The position numbers and the translations under genes are program-made. The notes beneath the pieces are model-generated. The model did not search any database. It saw only the letters and a program-made list of their open reading frames with translations, and was not told the DNA's origin. Below are positions 19,480 through 29,170 of a DNA stretch of 64,000 nucleotides, one piece after another. Position 1 is the stretch's first letter; each line of letters starts with the position of its first letter. Origin of the DNA: Deltaproteobacteria bacterium (GTDB lineage Bacteria > Desulfobacterota > JAFDED01); contig JAFDED010000013.1 of NCBI GenBank assembly GCA_019310535.1, forward strand, positions 3,346 through 67,345, read 5' to 3'.

Positions 19480-21933
19480 TCAATCGTTTCCGGAACCTCC
19501 ACTATCAGGAAGATTGAATCCAAGTCGCTCGCCCAGAATAAAAAAGGGCTTCCACTCAGGCAGGCTGGCAGGGTGTGCATGAACATGCCATTTTGAGTTC
19601 AATAATTGTCGAAAAATATTTTGCGCCTCCCACAGATTGATCTGTATTTCAACCTGATCCGCCAGATCCAATAACTGCATTATGGCAGGAATCTGTTTCG
19701 CTTCTGGATATAGGGCCAACGTCCGGAGCTTTTTCTCCAGCATGTGGCGAATCTTCCGCTCAATGACCTCTTCTTTTGGATCGATGCCCCAAAGGTCGGC
19801 TTCCTGCATGATCCGGGTAATATCTTCGGCAGGCTCTCCCTGGAGGGCTTTATCCAGAGCTTCCATAAGATCTGCCTTCAGTGCATTCTGTGCGGCGGCA
19901 GTGAAACCTACGGGAATCGGCACATCAATTTCTTTCAGGAAACGCATTAAATCACGATTTTCATTATAAAGCATCCTGTAACTTGACTCAAAGCGACTGA
20001 GAGCGTCTTCGCTCATCCGTAGCGCGATCTTACGGCGCTCCTCCAGGAAAAGGTCTCCCAAAGTCATGTATTCTCTTCCGAACATCTTGTCCATTGTTCG
20101 GATAAGTTCTGTCATGTCCGACTGTTCAAACTTGGAGACCAGATTTTGCGCCAACTCCTCCCACTGCAGTTCAGCGTTGTGAGCAAGAAGGGAGCATCTA
20201 AAATCGCAACCTCCGGAATGGAGCAGGGCGAAAACAAAGCGACCCTCCTCTTCTGTGGTTGTACAGACGGCGCTGACCTGACCCACCGCCAGGGTGTCAG
20301 GCCCTCGGGAACTCTGAAGGTAGTTTTCCCGGTCTATTCTGAAGCAGTAAATCCTGTCTTTTTCTTCGTACTCTTCAAAAAGAGAACTTATGGCGTAATG
20401 GGAGATGACGCGCTCCAGGTTTACCACCGAGGGTTTCACTACTCGCCGATAAATGTCCGTCCCATCACCTAGCTGCGGCATGTTGCTTCGGGCCGAGGAT
20501 AACCGGGAAAGAAACCCTTCCTCTAGATCCACGCCCGTTGCCTGTGCGGCCAACTGGATGGCCCTGGCCGCATATTTGAGGTTCTGGACCGCCTCCAGCC
20601 CCGAGATGTCGTCGAAAAACCATCCGCAACTGGCGAACATCAACATTCCGTTCCTCTGCATTTCCATGAGATGAAGCAGGAGTATGCGATCAGCTTGTGA
20701 GGCACTGGAGAAAGCATACTCTGCAATAAACCGCTCCACACTCTCCGACCTTCGGTCCAGAATAACATGGATGTAAGCATTACGGGCATTCCAGGGATCG
20801 GGCAGGAGTTCTCCGGCCCGTTTCTCATAAGTTTCATCCAGGCGCAACTTGAGCCAATCGAGGGCTTCCCGCAGCGGAGATCTCCAGGCCTGATTCCAAT
20901 GTGGGTCCGTTCCCACCCGACACCCGCAATCCGCTCGCCAGCGCTCTACCCCGTGAGCGCAGCTCCAACTGGTGCTTTCGAATATCTCTACTTCCCAATG
21001 GGGGGGATGATGAGCCAGGAACTCGGCGTAGTTGGTGATGAGAATCTCCCCTTCCGCGGAGAGGTGATTCATGGCATACGCCAGGGCCATTTCTCCAAAG
21101 CGGTGATGGTGGCCGTAAGTTTCTCCATCCGTGGCGATATGAACAAGTTGATCCTCTGAATTGTCCGGCTGGAAGTGCTGCTTGATAGTACCAATAAACT
21201 CATCGCCGCTGTTCAGGACTTGTTCAAACGCCACGGCATGTGACAAGTCGGCATTGTAAAAGAATAAGTTAATGGTACGCCCGCTGCTTAGGGCTAGACG
21301 GTAACACCTCCCCGGATCGACGCGGCCGCCATCCACGTTTTTCCATGGTCCTGTAGACAGCGAACGGACTCTATGGGCCTGATGGGGTGCAAGAATCGTG
21401 AATTGTATGCCCTGTTCAGCGAGCACATCAAGGGTTTCAAGATCGACAGCGGTTTCCGGCAGCCACATCCCCTCGGGGTCACGCCCAAACCTGTGCCGAA
21501 AATCCCGTATCCCCCATATTACCTGGGTTTCTTTGTCGTGCCGGGATGCCAGCGGCATAATCTGATGGTTGTAAACCTGGGCTAGGGCATTACCGTGGCC
21601 ACCCCGAGCCTGCCGGCTAACCCTGTCCGACTCAAGGATCCGACTGTACACTTCGCTTGCATTGGTCTCCATCCAAGCCAGGAGTGTGGGACCGAAATTG
21701 AAGCTTATCAAATCATAATTGCTGAAGATCTGGAGAATCCGGTTCTGTTCGTCGAGGATGCGGGCCGCGCTATTGGGCGCGTAACATTCCGCCGTAACCC
21801 GTTCATTCCAGTCGTGGTGAGGATGGGCTGAGTCCTGGACCTCGATCGCTTCAAGCCAGGGATTCTCCCTTGAGGGTTGATAGAAATGTCCGTGTATGCA
21901 CAGATAGCGCTTCATCAATAGCTGTTCCGACAA
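19480..21933 (-). CDS. glycoside hydrolase family 57 protein with a long C-terminal extension (DUF3536-like)
   Basis: GH57 N-terminal signature (CIHGHFYQPSRENPW; WLPETAV; TDGETYGHH). 817 aa. Confidence 0.88.
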   Translation of the reverse strand: MSEQLLMKRYLCIHGHFYQPSRENPWLEAIEVQDSAHPHHDWNERVTAECYAPNSAARILDEQNRILQIFSNYDLISFNFGPTLLAWMETNASEVYSRILESDRVSRQARGGHGNALAQVYNHQIMPLASRHDKETQVIWGIRDFRHRFGRDPEGMWLPETAVDLETLDVLAEQGIQFTILAPHQAHRVRSLSTGPWKNVDGGRVDPGRCYRLALSSGRTINLFFYNADLSHAVAFEQVLNSGDEFIGTIKQHFQPDNSEDQLVHIATDGETYGHHHRFGEMALAYAMNHLSAEGEILITNYAEFLAHHPPHWEVEIFESTSWSCAHGVERWRADCGCRVGTDPHWNQAWRSPLREALDWLKLRLDETYEKRAGELLPDPWNARNAYIHVILDRRSESVERFIAEYAFSSASQADRILLLHLMEMQRNGMLMFASCGWFFDDISGLEAVQNLKYAARAIQLAAQATGVDLEEGFLSRLSSARSNMPQLGDGTDIYRRVVKPSVVNLERVISHYAISSLFEEYEEKDRIYCFRIDRENYLQSSRGPDTLAVGQVSAVCTTTEEEGRFVFALLHSGGCDFRCSLLAHNAELQWEELAQNLVSKFEQSDMTELIRTMDKMFGREYMTLGDLFLEERRKIALRMSEDALSRFESSYRMLYNENRDLMRFLKEIDVPIPVGFTAAAQNALKADLMEALDKALQGEPAEDITRIMQEADLWGIDPKEEVIERKIRHMLEKKLRTLALYPEAKQIPAIMQLLDLADQVEIQINLWEAQNIFRQLLNSKWHVHAHPASLPEWKPFFILGERLGFNLPDSGGSGND

Positions 21934-21944
21934 GTGTTGAAATA

Positions 21945-22622
21945 TTACCTGCCCGGGTGTATAGGCTGCACTGTTTCAGGCTCTTTCACCCGAGGAGGCT
22001 GGTCAAAAACATCATGATACGCCTTTGTGGAGGCGCAAAGAGTCCAGGGGATGGTGATGAGCAGTCCAAGTCCTAAAGGGATGGCCCCGATGATATTGAT
22101 CAGCATAAGCACAAGCAAGAAACCGAACAGAGAAAACCACCGCTTATGGGCCACCACGCGGCTCACTTCCATGGCGCGCCAGAAATCGATCCCCTTGTCA
22201 GCCACCAGAAGCCAGCCGAAAAAGTAAGCCACCATCAGATACACACCCGGGACAATCAACAGGATCATTCCAACCATGATGGCAATATTGGTCACGAGTC
22301 CATACAAGGCGAGCTGAACGAACTGGCGAAATCCTTGAAAGAAATCCTGAAAACCAAAGCCTCCTCCCCGCAAATGCTGGAGACAAGAAAGTCCCACCCC
22401 CGCGGCCAGAGGGACTATGATTACACCTAATCCCAATTTGCCGATGCCGGTGAGGCCGACCACAATTCCCGCGGCTATCATGATGACCGTAATCCCCATG
22501 AAGGAGCCGACGTTGGATGCAAACATGCGCCATCCCTCTCGAAGCCAGTCTTCCATGTGCACCTCGTATTGTACATCGGCCAAATCCCGGTACTTCGAAA
22601 TGTCAGCAAGCGAAAAGCTCAT
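21945..22622 (-). CDS. integral membrane protein, unknown function
   Basis: 225-aa ORF with about 5 hydrophobic helices. Lies 12 nt upstream of the GH57 gene on the same strand. Confidence 0.65.
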   Translation of the reverse strand: MSFSLADISKYRDLADVQYEVHMEDWLREGWRMFASNVGSFMGITVIMIAAGIVVGLTGIGKLGLGVIIVPLAAGVGLSCLQHLRGGGFGFQDFFQGFRQFVQLALYGLVTNIAIMVGMILLIVPGVYLMVAYFFGWLLVADKGIDFWRAMEVSRVVAHKRWFSLFGFLLVLMLINIIGAIPLGLGLLITIPWTLCASTKAYHDVFDQPPRVKEPETVQPIHPGR

Positions 22623-22814
22623 TCCCCCCCTCCTTCCGTTTTGTTACACTTACGGGTAAGAAGCCCTGAGCCTGAGAATAGTCGTTTCAGGAATCAGGGC
22701 GTCCCACCCTCAAGGAAACGCGAACATAGTTATGTACGTACCATAGCGCGTACAATGAATCCGGCTTCATGAAAAACGGAGAGATGTTCATTGACGGGGC
22801 AACCCCGGATTCCG

Positions 22815-23984
22815 CTATTCATATCGCTCCGCGAACTGTCTTAATCTTTGAAGACCATCCTTTATGGCAGATCGATCCGTGCAGGTGGAAAGCCGGAGAT
22901 ACCCCTCGCCATGCGGGCCGAATTCCGTGCCCGGCAATGTCAGTACCCCGACCTCCTTCACCAGCCTGATAGCCAGTTCCAGCGATCCCATGCCGAAGTG
23001 CTTTATGTTGGGAAACACATAAAAGGTGCCACCGGGACGAACACAGGTAACGCCCGGCAAAGACACAACACCATTGTACAATATATCCAAACGCTCGAGA
23101 TATTCCCTGATAATGGGTTCTACCTGTTCCTCCGGGCATTCAAGAGCGGCCAGAGCCGCCACCTGGCTCAAAGAGGTAGGGCAAAGGGTGACGCAGTAAT
23201 GGAGGTTCTTGATGGCCTCCATTGGCCCGGATGGACCGGCAACATACCCCATCCGGAGCCCCATCATCATAAAGGACTTGGAGAACCCGTTGAAGGTGAA
23301 AGTCCGTTCCTTCATTCCCGGAAGCGTCCCCATGGATATGGGTGGGTCTCCAAAAACAAAATCGCTGTAAATCTCATCCACAAGCACCACTAAATTGTGC
23401 TTTATCGCCAGCTCCGCCAGGGCTTCCACTATCTCCCGGGACCATACAACTCCCAGAGGATTACTGGGAATAGTGAGGGCCAATGCCCGGGTCCTGGGTG
23501 TTACAGCACGCTCCAGCAATTCCATATCGGGAGAGAACCCATCCGCCTCTCTCAAAGGGACCGGCACAGCGCTGGCTCCGCAGGCCGTTGCATTGAGAGA
23601 GTATGAAGCATAGTGCGGACTCGGGATCAACACCTCATCGCCGGACCCCAGCAAAGCCCGCATAACGACATACAGCGCTTCCTGCACGCCGTGTGTCACC
23701 AGCAGCTCTCTTTCCGGGTTCACCGATAGTCCGCGCTGATCCGACAGTTTTCGGGCAATCCCTTCCCGGAGTTCCGGCAATCCGTAATAACTGGTGTACC
23801 GTGCGCAGCCATCGTTCAAGGCTTCCATTAAGCGCCGGCGGATGAATGGAGGCATGGGTAGATCGGGATTGCCTGAGCCCATATCCACCACTCCCTCACG
23901 CCTTCGCGCTTCATCGTTGATTCGCTTGCGGTCGCCGTAAGGAATTCCTCGTATGGAAGGAATTACTGGCACTGAAAAACTCAT
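22815..23984 (-). CDS. pyridoxal-phosphate-dependent aminotransferase, class I/II (aspartate aminotransferase-like)
   Basis: PLP-lysine motif FNGFSKSFMMMGLRMGY, with the N-P-x-G and D-E-I-Y motifs upstream. ATG 23984 is preceded by TAAGGAG. The ORF track extends to 24065. Confidence 0.9.
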   Translation of the reverse strand: MSFSVPVIPSIRGIPYGDRKRINDEARRREGVVDMGSGNPDLPMPPFIRRRLMEALNDGCARYTSYYGLPELREGIARKLSDQRGLSVNPERELLVTHGVQEALYVVMRALLGSGDEVLIPSPHYASYSLNATACGASAVPVPLREADGFSPDMELLERAVTPRTRALALTIPSNPLGVVWSREIVEALAELAIKHNLVVLVDEIYSDFVFGDPPISMGTLPGMKERTFTFNGFSKSFMMMGLRMGYVAGPSGPMEAIKNLHYCVTLCPTSLSQVAALAALECPEEQVEPIIREYLERLDILYNGVVSLPGVTCVRPGGTFYVFPNIKHFGMGSLELAIRLVKEVGVLTLPGTEFGPHGEGYLRLSTCTDRSAIKDGLQRLRQFAERYE

Positions 23985-24101
23985 CGTTGGTCGCTCCTTA
24001 TGTATCCTGACAATATTTTGAATAATCACTTGAATAAAAATATCGCAAATAGATTGCTTATTCAAGGAAAATCGGGAGCCCGGATGTCAGCGGACTCAGC
24101 A

Positions 24102-24121
24102 GGCGGGGATAAACCCCGTCC
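24102..24121. repeat. small GC hairpin of the GGRATAARCCC family
   Basis: GGCGGGG-ATAAA-CCCCGTCC. A degenerate copy (GGGCTTATTCCCGCCCC) lies at 24158-24174. Confidence 0.55.
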
Positions 24122-24300
24122 CTGGTGCGCGGAGCACTTCAAAGTGATGCAGAGTCAGGGCTTATTCCCGCCCCAGAATCACTATAGTGCGGAAGAAACC
24201 CTTATTTACTGCAAGATTTCCGCTCTGGAGAAGCTAAGAAAAGATTGACACCCCCATGGTGTCTTTGTTACATTAAAAATGGTAATGTACATATATCTAA

Positions 24301-25089
24301 GTGTTTTTTTACGGAAGGCGCGACATATTGGCTCACACTATTCAGATCAAGGCGGACGAGGCCGTTGCAACTATTACCCTTCACAGGCCGAGGGAGTATA
24401 ACGCCCTTTCGCATCAGATGGCGCAGGAATTAATGGAGTGCCTCAGTCTAATGGAGGGAGAGGATTCAATTCGTGTCGTGATCCTCACCGGAGGTGATGA
24501 GGTTTTCTGTGCCGGCATGGATCTTAAAGAGGTTCTCCGATTGGAGGAAAGCAAACTTGAGGAGCATTTCCTTTTTTTCCTGAAATTATACCTTCATATC
24601 TGCGACTTTGGAAAGCCGACTGTGGCGGCCGTCAGCGGGCTGGCGTTAGGGGGCGGATTCAACATGGCGCTGCTTTGCGATATCATCGTGGCCTCGGAGA
24701 CCGCCATTTTTGCCCATCCCGAGGTTAAATACGGCTTCAACCCATTTGTAGAACCTCTTGCCAGGCGTATAGGTCTGGCCAAAGCCCGGGAACTGAGCTT
24801 GACCGGAGAGCCCATCGGTGCAAAGGAAGCTTTTCAACTGGGGATGGTCAGCGCGGTGGAGCCACCGGAAAGATTCTGGGGCAAAGCGCAGGCTATGGCC
24901 ACTATGCTGGCATCCCGCCCTCTCCAGGCTGTGCAGGCCGTCAAGCGCGCATGCGATGTAATCCCCCGGCTGGATCGTCGCGCAGCCCTGGAGTATGAGT
25001 TTGAAAAAGCGGTCCGGCTTTTTACAAGCAGGGAGACCAAGCAATTGATCGACCAATTCTTCGTCCAGCGAAGACGAAGGGGATCGTGA
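24301..25089 (+). CDS. enoyl-CoA hydratase/isomerase (crotonase) family protein
   Basis: Crotonase pattern (ITLHRPREYNALS ... FCAGMDLKE ... AAVSGLALGGGFNMAL...A.F..PE). The true start may be TTG 24328. Confidence 0.85.
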   Translation: MFFYGRRDILAHTIQIKADEAVATITLHRPREYNALSHQMAQELMECLSLMEGEDSIRVVILTGGDEVFCAGMDLKEVLRLEESKLEEHFLFFLKLYLHICDFGKPTVAAVSGLALGGGFNMALLCDIIVASETAIFAHPEVKYGFNPFVEPLARRIGLAKARELSLTGEPIGAKEAFQLGMVSAVEPPERFWGKAQAMATMLASRPLQAVQAVKRACDVIPRLDRRAALEYEFEKAVRLFTSRETKQLIDQFFVQRRRRGS

Positions 25090-25152
25090 CACGAATAATG
25101 AGTGAACCGGCTCCGGAAGAGATATCCCCTGCGCCCCCATTAATGGCTGTTT

Positions 25153-26064
25153 TTGATCCCAAGCGCTTGTATGATAATTAGAGGTAGGTCTGTACGGAGA
25201 AGGACTTCCGGAAGGTTACATACCTGTTGCCGTCTCCCGGGTCTCATGCTCACCCTCAGGCGCAAAATGCAAGCCTTTTTCAAAAGAATGATGCAAGAGG
25301 CTCAAGAGGTGGCCCGGCGGCTGCCGGCCCCCAGATTCTATGCAGATTGTGCGGAGTCCCTCCAGCATTCCCTGGTCATATTCGAGGGCCACGAACTGGT
25401 CCTTCGATGCCGAGGGCACGCAGAGCGAAGTCTTACGGACGACTTCGGCCATGGTGTGGATCACTCCCGGAAAGTAGCCGTCGAGGGTGGTGCCATCATC
25501 ATAGAAGAGCAAAAAAAGAAGGGATACCGCAACCATGCCGAGATGGTGTGGATTGTGGTGCTGGCTCAAATTGGCGGGCTTTTGCATGATATACGACGCA
25601 GGGATAAGGACCATGCCAAAGCCGGTGCATCGGCGGCCGATCAACTCTTGAAACAATGGAATCTTGGCGAAGAAGCACGTCGGTTTGTGGTGTTGGCGAT
25701 CTCCAATCATGAGGCATTTGTTGTGCCGGAGCCCGTTGTGGATTCAGGAGTTTTGAATGATCGAGGCCAGCTCATCAGCGATGCGTTATACGATGCAGAT
25801 AAGTTCCGGTGGGGACCCGATAATTTCACCGAGACCCTCTGGTTAATGGCCGCCACCCGGGGCGCAACACCTCAGTCTGTGCTCGAGCGTTATTCCCACG
25901 GGATGAAAAGCATTCGCAACATCAAATACACCTTCAGGAGTTCTCCGGGGAAACGGTATGGACCAGAGTTCATTGACCAGGGTCTTGATATCGGGCGGAA
26001 AATTCACGAGCGGATGATTCGCGCTGTCTCGGAAGCGCGCTGTGAGGAGCTCAATGATGTATGA
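25153..26064 (+). CDS. HD-domain protein
   Basis: H...HD signature (GHGVDHSRKV ... GGLLHDIRRRDKDHA). The N-terminal ~35 aa of the ORF are probably not translated. Confidence 0.6.
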   Translation: MIPSACMIIRGRSVRRRTSGRLHTCCRLPGLMLTLRRKMQAFFKRMMQEAQEVARRLPAPRFYADCAESLQHSLVIFEGHELVLRCRGHAERSLTDDFGHGVDHSRKVAVEGGAIIIEEQKKKGYRNHAEMVWIVVLAQIGGLLHDIRRRDKDHAKAGASAADQLLKQWNLGEEARRFVVLAISNHEAFVVPEPVVDSGVLNDRGQLISDALYDADKFRWGPDNFTETLWLMAATRGATPQSVLERYSHGMKSIRNIKYTFRSSPGKRYGPEFIDQGLDIGRKIHERMIRAVSEARCEELNDV

Positions 26065-27040
26065 AGGTTCCGAAAGCACACAGCGACAAGCTCTGGGAAC
26101 GGACGAGAATCGGTCCTTGCAGACCAGCCCATTGGTTGAAGCGCGAAACCTGAGCAAGCACTACGGTAACCTGGAGGTGGTCAAGGGGATTCATTTTCGC
26201 GTCGGGGAAGGAGAATGTTTCGGCTTCCTGGGGCCTAACGGCGCCGGTAAAACTTCGACCGTAAACATGATTTATGGATACTCTCCCATGACCGCCGGTG
26301 AGATCACGGTAATGGGGAGAGACATCCGGAAATATCTCAGACAGATCAAGGCGCAAATCGGTGTGGTCCCGCAGGAGAACAACCTTGATCCCGATCTGAC
26401 GGTAAAGGCTAATCTGCTGGTTTATGCGCGGTACTTTGATATCCCAAAAAAGGAAGCGGCCAGACGAACTGATGAACTGCTGGAGTTCATGCAACTAAAG
26501 GAGAAGGCCAAGGCCAAAATAATGCAGATTTCCGGCGGGATGAAACGTCGGCTCGTCATTGCGCGCTCAATGATCAACCGGCCGCGGCTCCTGATACTGG
26601 ATGAACCAACCACCGGGCTGGATCCCCAGGCTCGTCATTTAATCTGGCAGAACCTGAGAACCCTTAAACGCCATGGAACCACTATGATCCTTACCACCCA
26701 TTACATGGAGGAAGCGGCACAACTGTGTGATCGTCTGGTCATAATGGACAGGGGAACCATTGTGGCTCAGGGCTCTCCAAGGGAGTTGGTGGAGGCCCAT
26801 GTTGGGGATGATGTTATCGAGTTGCGGGTGAACGAGGAGATTGGCGGCCATATCCTGGGGTTGCTGAACAGCCACCATTTTATTCACGAGCGTGTAGGGG
26901 ATACCCTTTATCTGTTCTCCAAATCCGGGGAGGGCCTTCTCCAGCGTGTGCTGGAGATCAACGGAGAGGATGTTATTCATAGACCCGCAACACTTGAGGA
27001 CGTATTTCTCCGTCTTACGGGCCGGGAGTTGCGCGACTGA
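26042..27040 (+). CDS. ABC transporter ATP-binding protein (ABC-2/DrrA/NodI-type)
   Basis: Walker A GPNGAGKTS, signature ISGGMKRR, Walker B LLILDEPTTGLD. Confidence 0.9.
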   Translation: MRSSMMYEGSESTQRQALGTDENRSLQTSPLVEARNLSKHYGNLEVVKGIHFRVGEGECFGFLGPNGAGKTSTVNMIYGYSPMTAGEITVMGRDIRKYLRQIKAQIGVVPQENNLDPDLTVKANLLVYARYFDIPKKEAARRTDELLEFMQLKEKAKAKIMQISGGMKRRLVIARSMINRPRLLILDEPTTGLDPQARHLIWQNLRTLKRHGTTMILTTHYMEEAAQLCDRLVIMDRGTIVAQGSPRELVEAHVGDDVIELRVNEEIGGHILGLLNSHHFIHERVGDTLYLFSKSGEGLLQRVLEINGEDVIHRPATLEDVFLRLTGRELRD

Positions 27041-27062
27041 CCTCATTGAGCAAGCTTTAATC

Positions 27063-27890
27063 ATGGAATTGTCCACCAATTTACCGCGCCGTCTGGCTTT
27101 GACCGCCAGAGAACACACCCGTTTTCCCGAGCTGTCCCATCTGGCACTCAGGGTCTGGCAGCGAAACGCCCGGGTCTGGATACAATTTTACAAACCCAGC
27201 TTGCTGGGAAATCTCGGGGAACCTGTGTTGTTTCTGCTGGCCATGGGCTATGGCCTGGGCAGACTGGTGCCCCTCATGGACGGGGTTCCGTACGTACAGT
27301 ATCTGGCGCCGGGATTGGTGGTCTCGTCGGCCATGTATACGGCCACTTTCGAGTGTTGCTTCGGCTCTTTTACCCGCATGATCCATCAGAAGACGTACGC
27401 CGCCATCATAGCAACGCCGGTCAGTATTGAAGAAGTGGTGGCCGGTGACATTCTATGGGGCGCCACGAAATCCTTGATCGGGGGCATGATCATCATGATG
27501 GTGATTGCGGCGTTCCGTCTGGTGCAGTGGCCATGGGCCTTTGCGATTGTCCCGGTGATCCTGGTTGTGGAAGGGCTGATGTTCTCATCCATGGCCATGT
27601 TCATAACATCCATGAGTCCTTCCTACGATTTTTTCACGTATTATTTTACACTCTTTATAACTCCCATGTTTCTATTCTCGGGGATTTTTTTCCCGCTTTC
27701 GGGTCTTCCCGTCTGGGCGCAGAAGCTTTCCTGGTTTTTTCCGCTGACCCATGTTGTCAACCTCGTCCGCGCCGCTGTTTTGGGCAGGAGTCCGGAGTAT
27801 TGGATCATGGATCTTATCTGGATAGCCGCATGCACAATCTTGTTCTTTACTCTGTCAGCCAACCGAATCAGACGGCGGTTGCTGGTGTGA
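27063..27890 (+). CDS. ABC-2 type transporter permease
   Basis: About 6 TM helices. Lies immediately downstream of the ATPase. ATG 27063 (MELSTNLPRR) follows the ATPase stop at 27040. Confidence 0.85.
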   Translation: MELSTNLPRRLALTAREHTRFPELSHLALRVWQRNARVWIQFYKPSLLGNLGEPVLFLLAMGYGLGRLVPLMDGVPYVQYLAPGLVVSSAMYTATFECCFGSFTRMIHQKTYAAIIATPVSIEEVVAGDILWGATKSLIGGMIIMMVIAAFRLVQWPWAFAIVPVILVVEGLMFSSMAMFITSMSPSYDFFTYYFTLFITPMFLFSGIFFPLSGLPVWAQKLSWFFPLTHVVNLVRAAVLGRSPEYWIMDLIWIAACTILFFTLSANRIRRRLLV

Positions 27891-28018
27891 GATGATGATG
27901 TGTGCGGTCAATGCCTTGGCCTCCCTTCAGAGCACCCCGGTATTTCCGGGCGTTTGTGCGAAAATTCACCAGGAGGATACCATGTGTATTCCGTTTCCCA
28001 AATAACGCAAAAAAATCA

Positions 28019-28047
28019 TTGCATCTTTCCAAGAACGCATTTATAAT
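28019..28047 (+). promoter_or_regulatory. candidate sigma-70 promoter upstream of phoH
   Basis: TTGCAT - 17 nt - TATAAT. Confidence 0.4.
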
Positions 28048-28129
28048 AAAAAGGTGGCGAGATTGAGATTTTCCGGTTGGCAAGAGCAAATTATTTGCTT
28101 AATGATTCACGATAGATAGGGATATCTAT

Positions 28130-29170
28130 TTGAGCGAACAAACAGAAGAATTGACGGTGGCGCGGGCCAGCTTCGAGGATTACGAGCTGGCTAAAATTTT
28201 ATTTGGAAAACACGACGAGAACGCCAAATTGATAGAGCGTTCCGTGGATGTGCGGGTCAGCGTCCGGGGTAACACCATTACTATACAGGGCGGGGCACTG
28301 GAAGTCAAGCTGGCCAAGCGGATATTTCAGGAACTGTATGAAGTGCTCGAAAAAGGGTATCCGGTTTACCCTGCGGATGTGGATTATGCCATCCGAATCC
28401 TGTCGGAAAAAAGCTCGGCAAAGCTCAAAGAGCTTTTTCTGGATAAAGTCGGCATTAAAGTCAACAAGCGTGTTATCACGCCGAAGAGCTTGGGCCAGAA
28501 GGAATATGTCGATGCCATTCGTCGCTTTGACATTGTCTTCAGCATCGGACCGGCCGGGACCGGCAAGACTTACTTGGCCATGGCACTGGGCGTTTCGCTG
28601 TTGATGAAAAAGGAATTTGGCCGCATAATCCTCACGCGGCCGGCAGTGGAGGCCGGTGAGAAGCTGGGTTTTCTTCCGGGCGACCTTTATGAGAAAGTGA
28701 ACCCTTATCTCCGCCCTCTGTATGATGCACTGCACGATATGATGGATTTCGACCACGCAATGCGCCTTTTGCAAAGGGGTGAAATTGAAGTGGCACCACT
28801 GGCCTTCATGCGCGGTCGCACCCTCAATGACTCCTTCGTGATCCTGGATGAGGCCCAGAACAGCACCAGCGAGCAAATGAAAATGTTTCTCACCCGGTTA
28901 GGATATGGTTCCAAGGCCGTTATCACGGGCGATATCACTCAGGTGGATCTGCCAGACGGAACCCTTTCAGGACTTATCGAGGCGCGTGCCATCCTGAGCG
29001 GAATAACCGGCATCCGATTTTGCTACTTTTCCGAGAAGGATGTGGTCCGACATCCCCTGGTGAGGGATATTATCAAAGCGTACGATCTGTCCGGGCAAAC
29101 CAAAAATCACGGTCCTCGTTCGCTTCCAAAAGAGTTCAATCATGACTCGCAACTCCAGACAAAACAATAA
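28130..29170 (+). CDS. phoH: PhoH-family ATPase
   Basis: Walker [10 protein letters not shown], plus LDEAQN and [11 protein letters not shown]. Sits in a phoH / 7TM-HD / ybeY arrangement. Confidence 0.92.
   Translation: MSEQTEELTVARASFEDYELAKILFGKHDENAKLIERSVDVRVSVRGNTITIQGGALEVKLAKRIFQELYEVLEKGYPVYPADVDYAIRILSEKSSAKLKELFLDKVGIKVNKRVITPKSLGQKEYVDAIRRFDIVFSIGPAGTGKTYLAMALGVSLLMKKEFGRIILTRPAVEAGEKLGFLPGDLYEKVNPYLRPLYDALHDMMDFDHAMRLLQRGEIEVAPLAFMRGRTLNDSFVILDEAQNSTSEQMKMFLTRLGYGSKAVITGDITQVDLPDGTLSGLIEARAILSGITGIRFCYFSEKDVVRHPLVRDIIKAYDLSGQTKNHGPRSLPKEFNHDSQLQTKQ

Noticed and set aside
24102-24121. Similarity of GCGGGGATAAACC to the 3' half of type I-E CRISPR repeats (as I recall them, ...CAGCGGGGATAAACCG).
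   Set aside because: These are isolated copies kilobases apart, with no regular repeat-spacer periodicity. The hairpin is formed differently, and there are no cas genes in the window. They are treated as a dispersed hairpin family instead.
24000-24248. 82-aa ORF in the aminotransferase / enoyl-CoA hydratase intergenic region.
   Set aside because: Its middle (AGGDKPRPW... LFPPQ) is simply the translation of two GC-hairpin repeat copies. There is no RBS and no recognisable fold.
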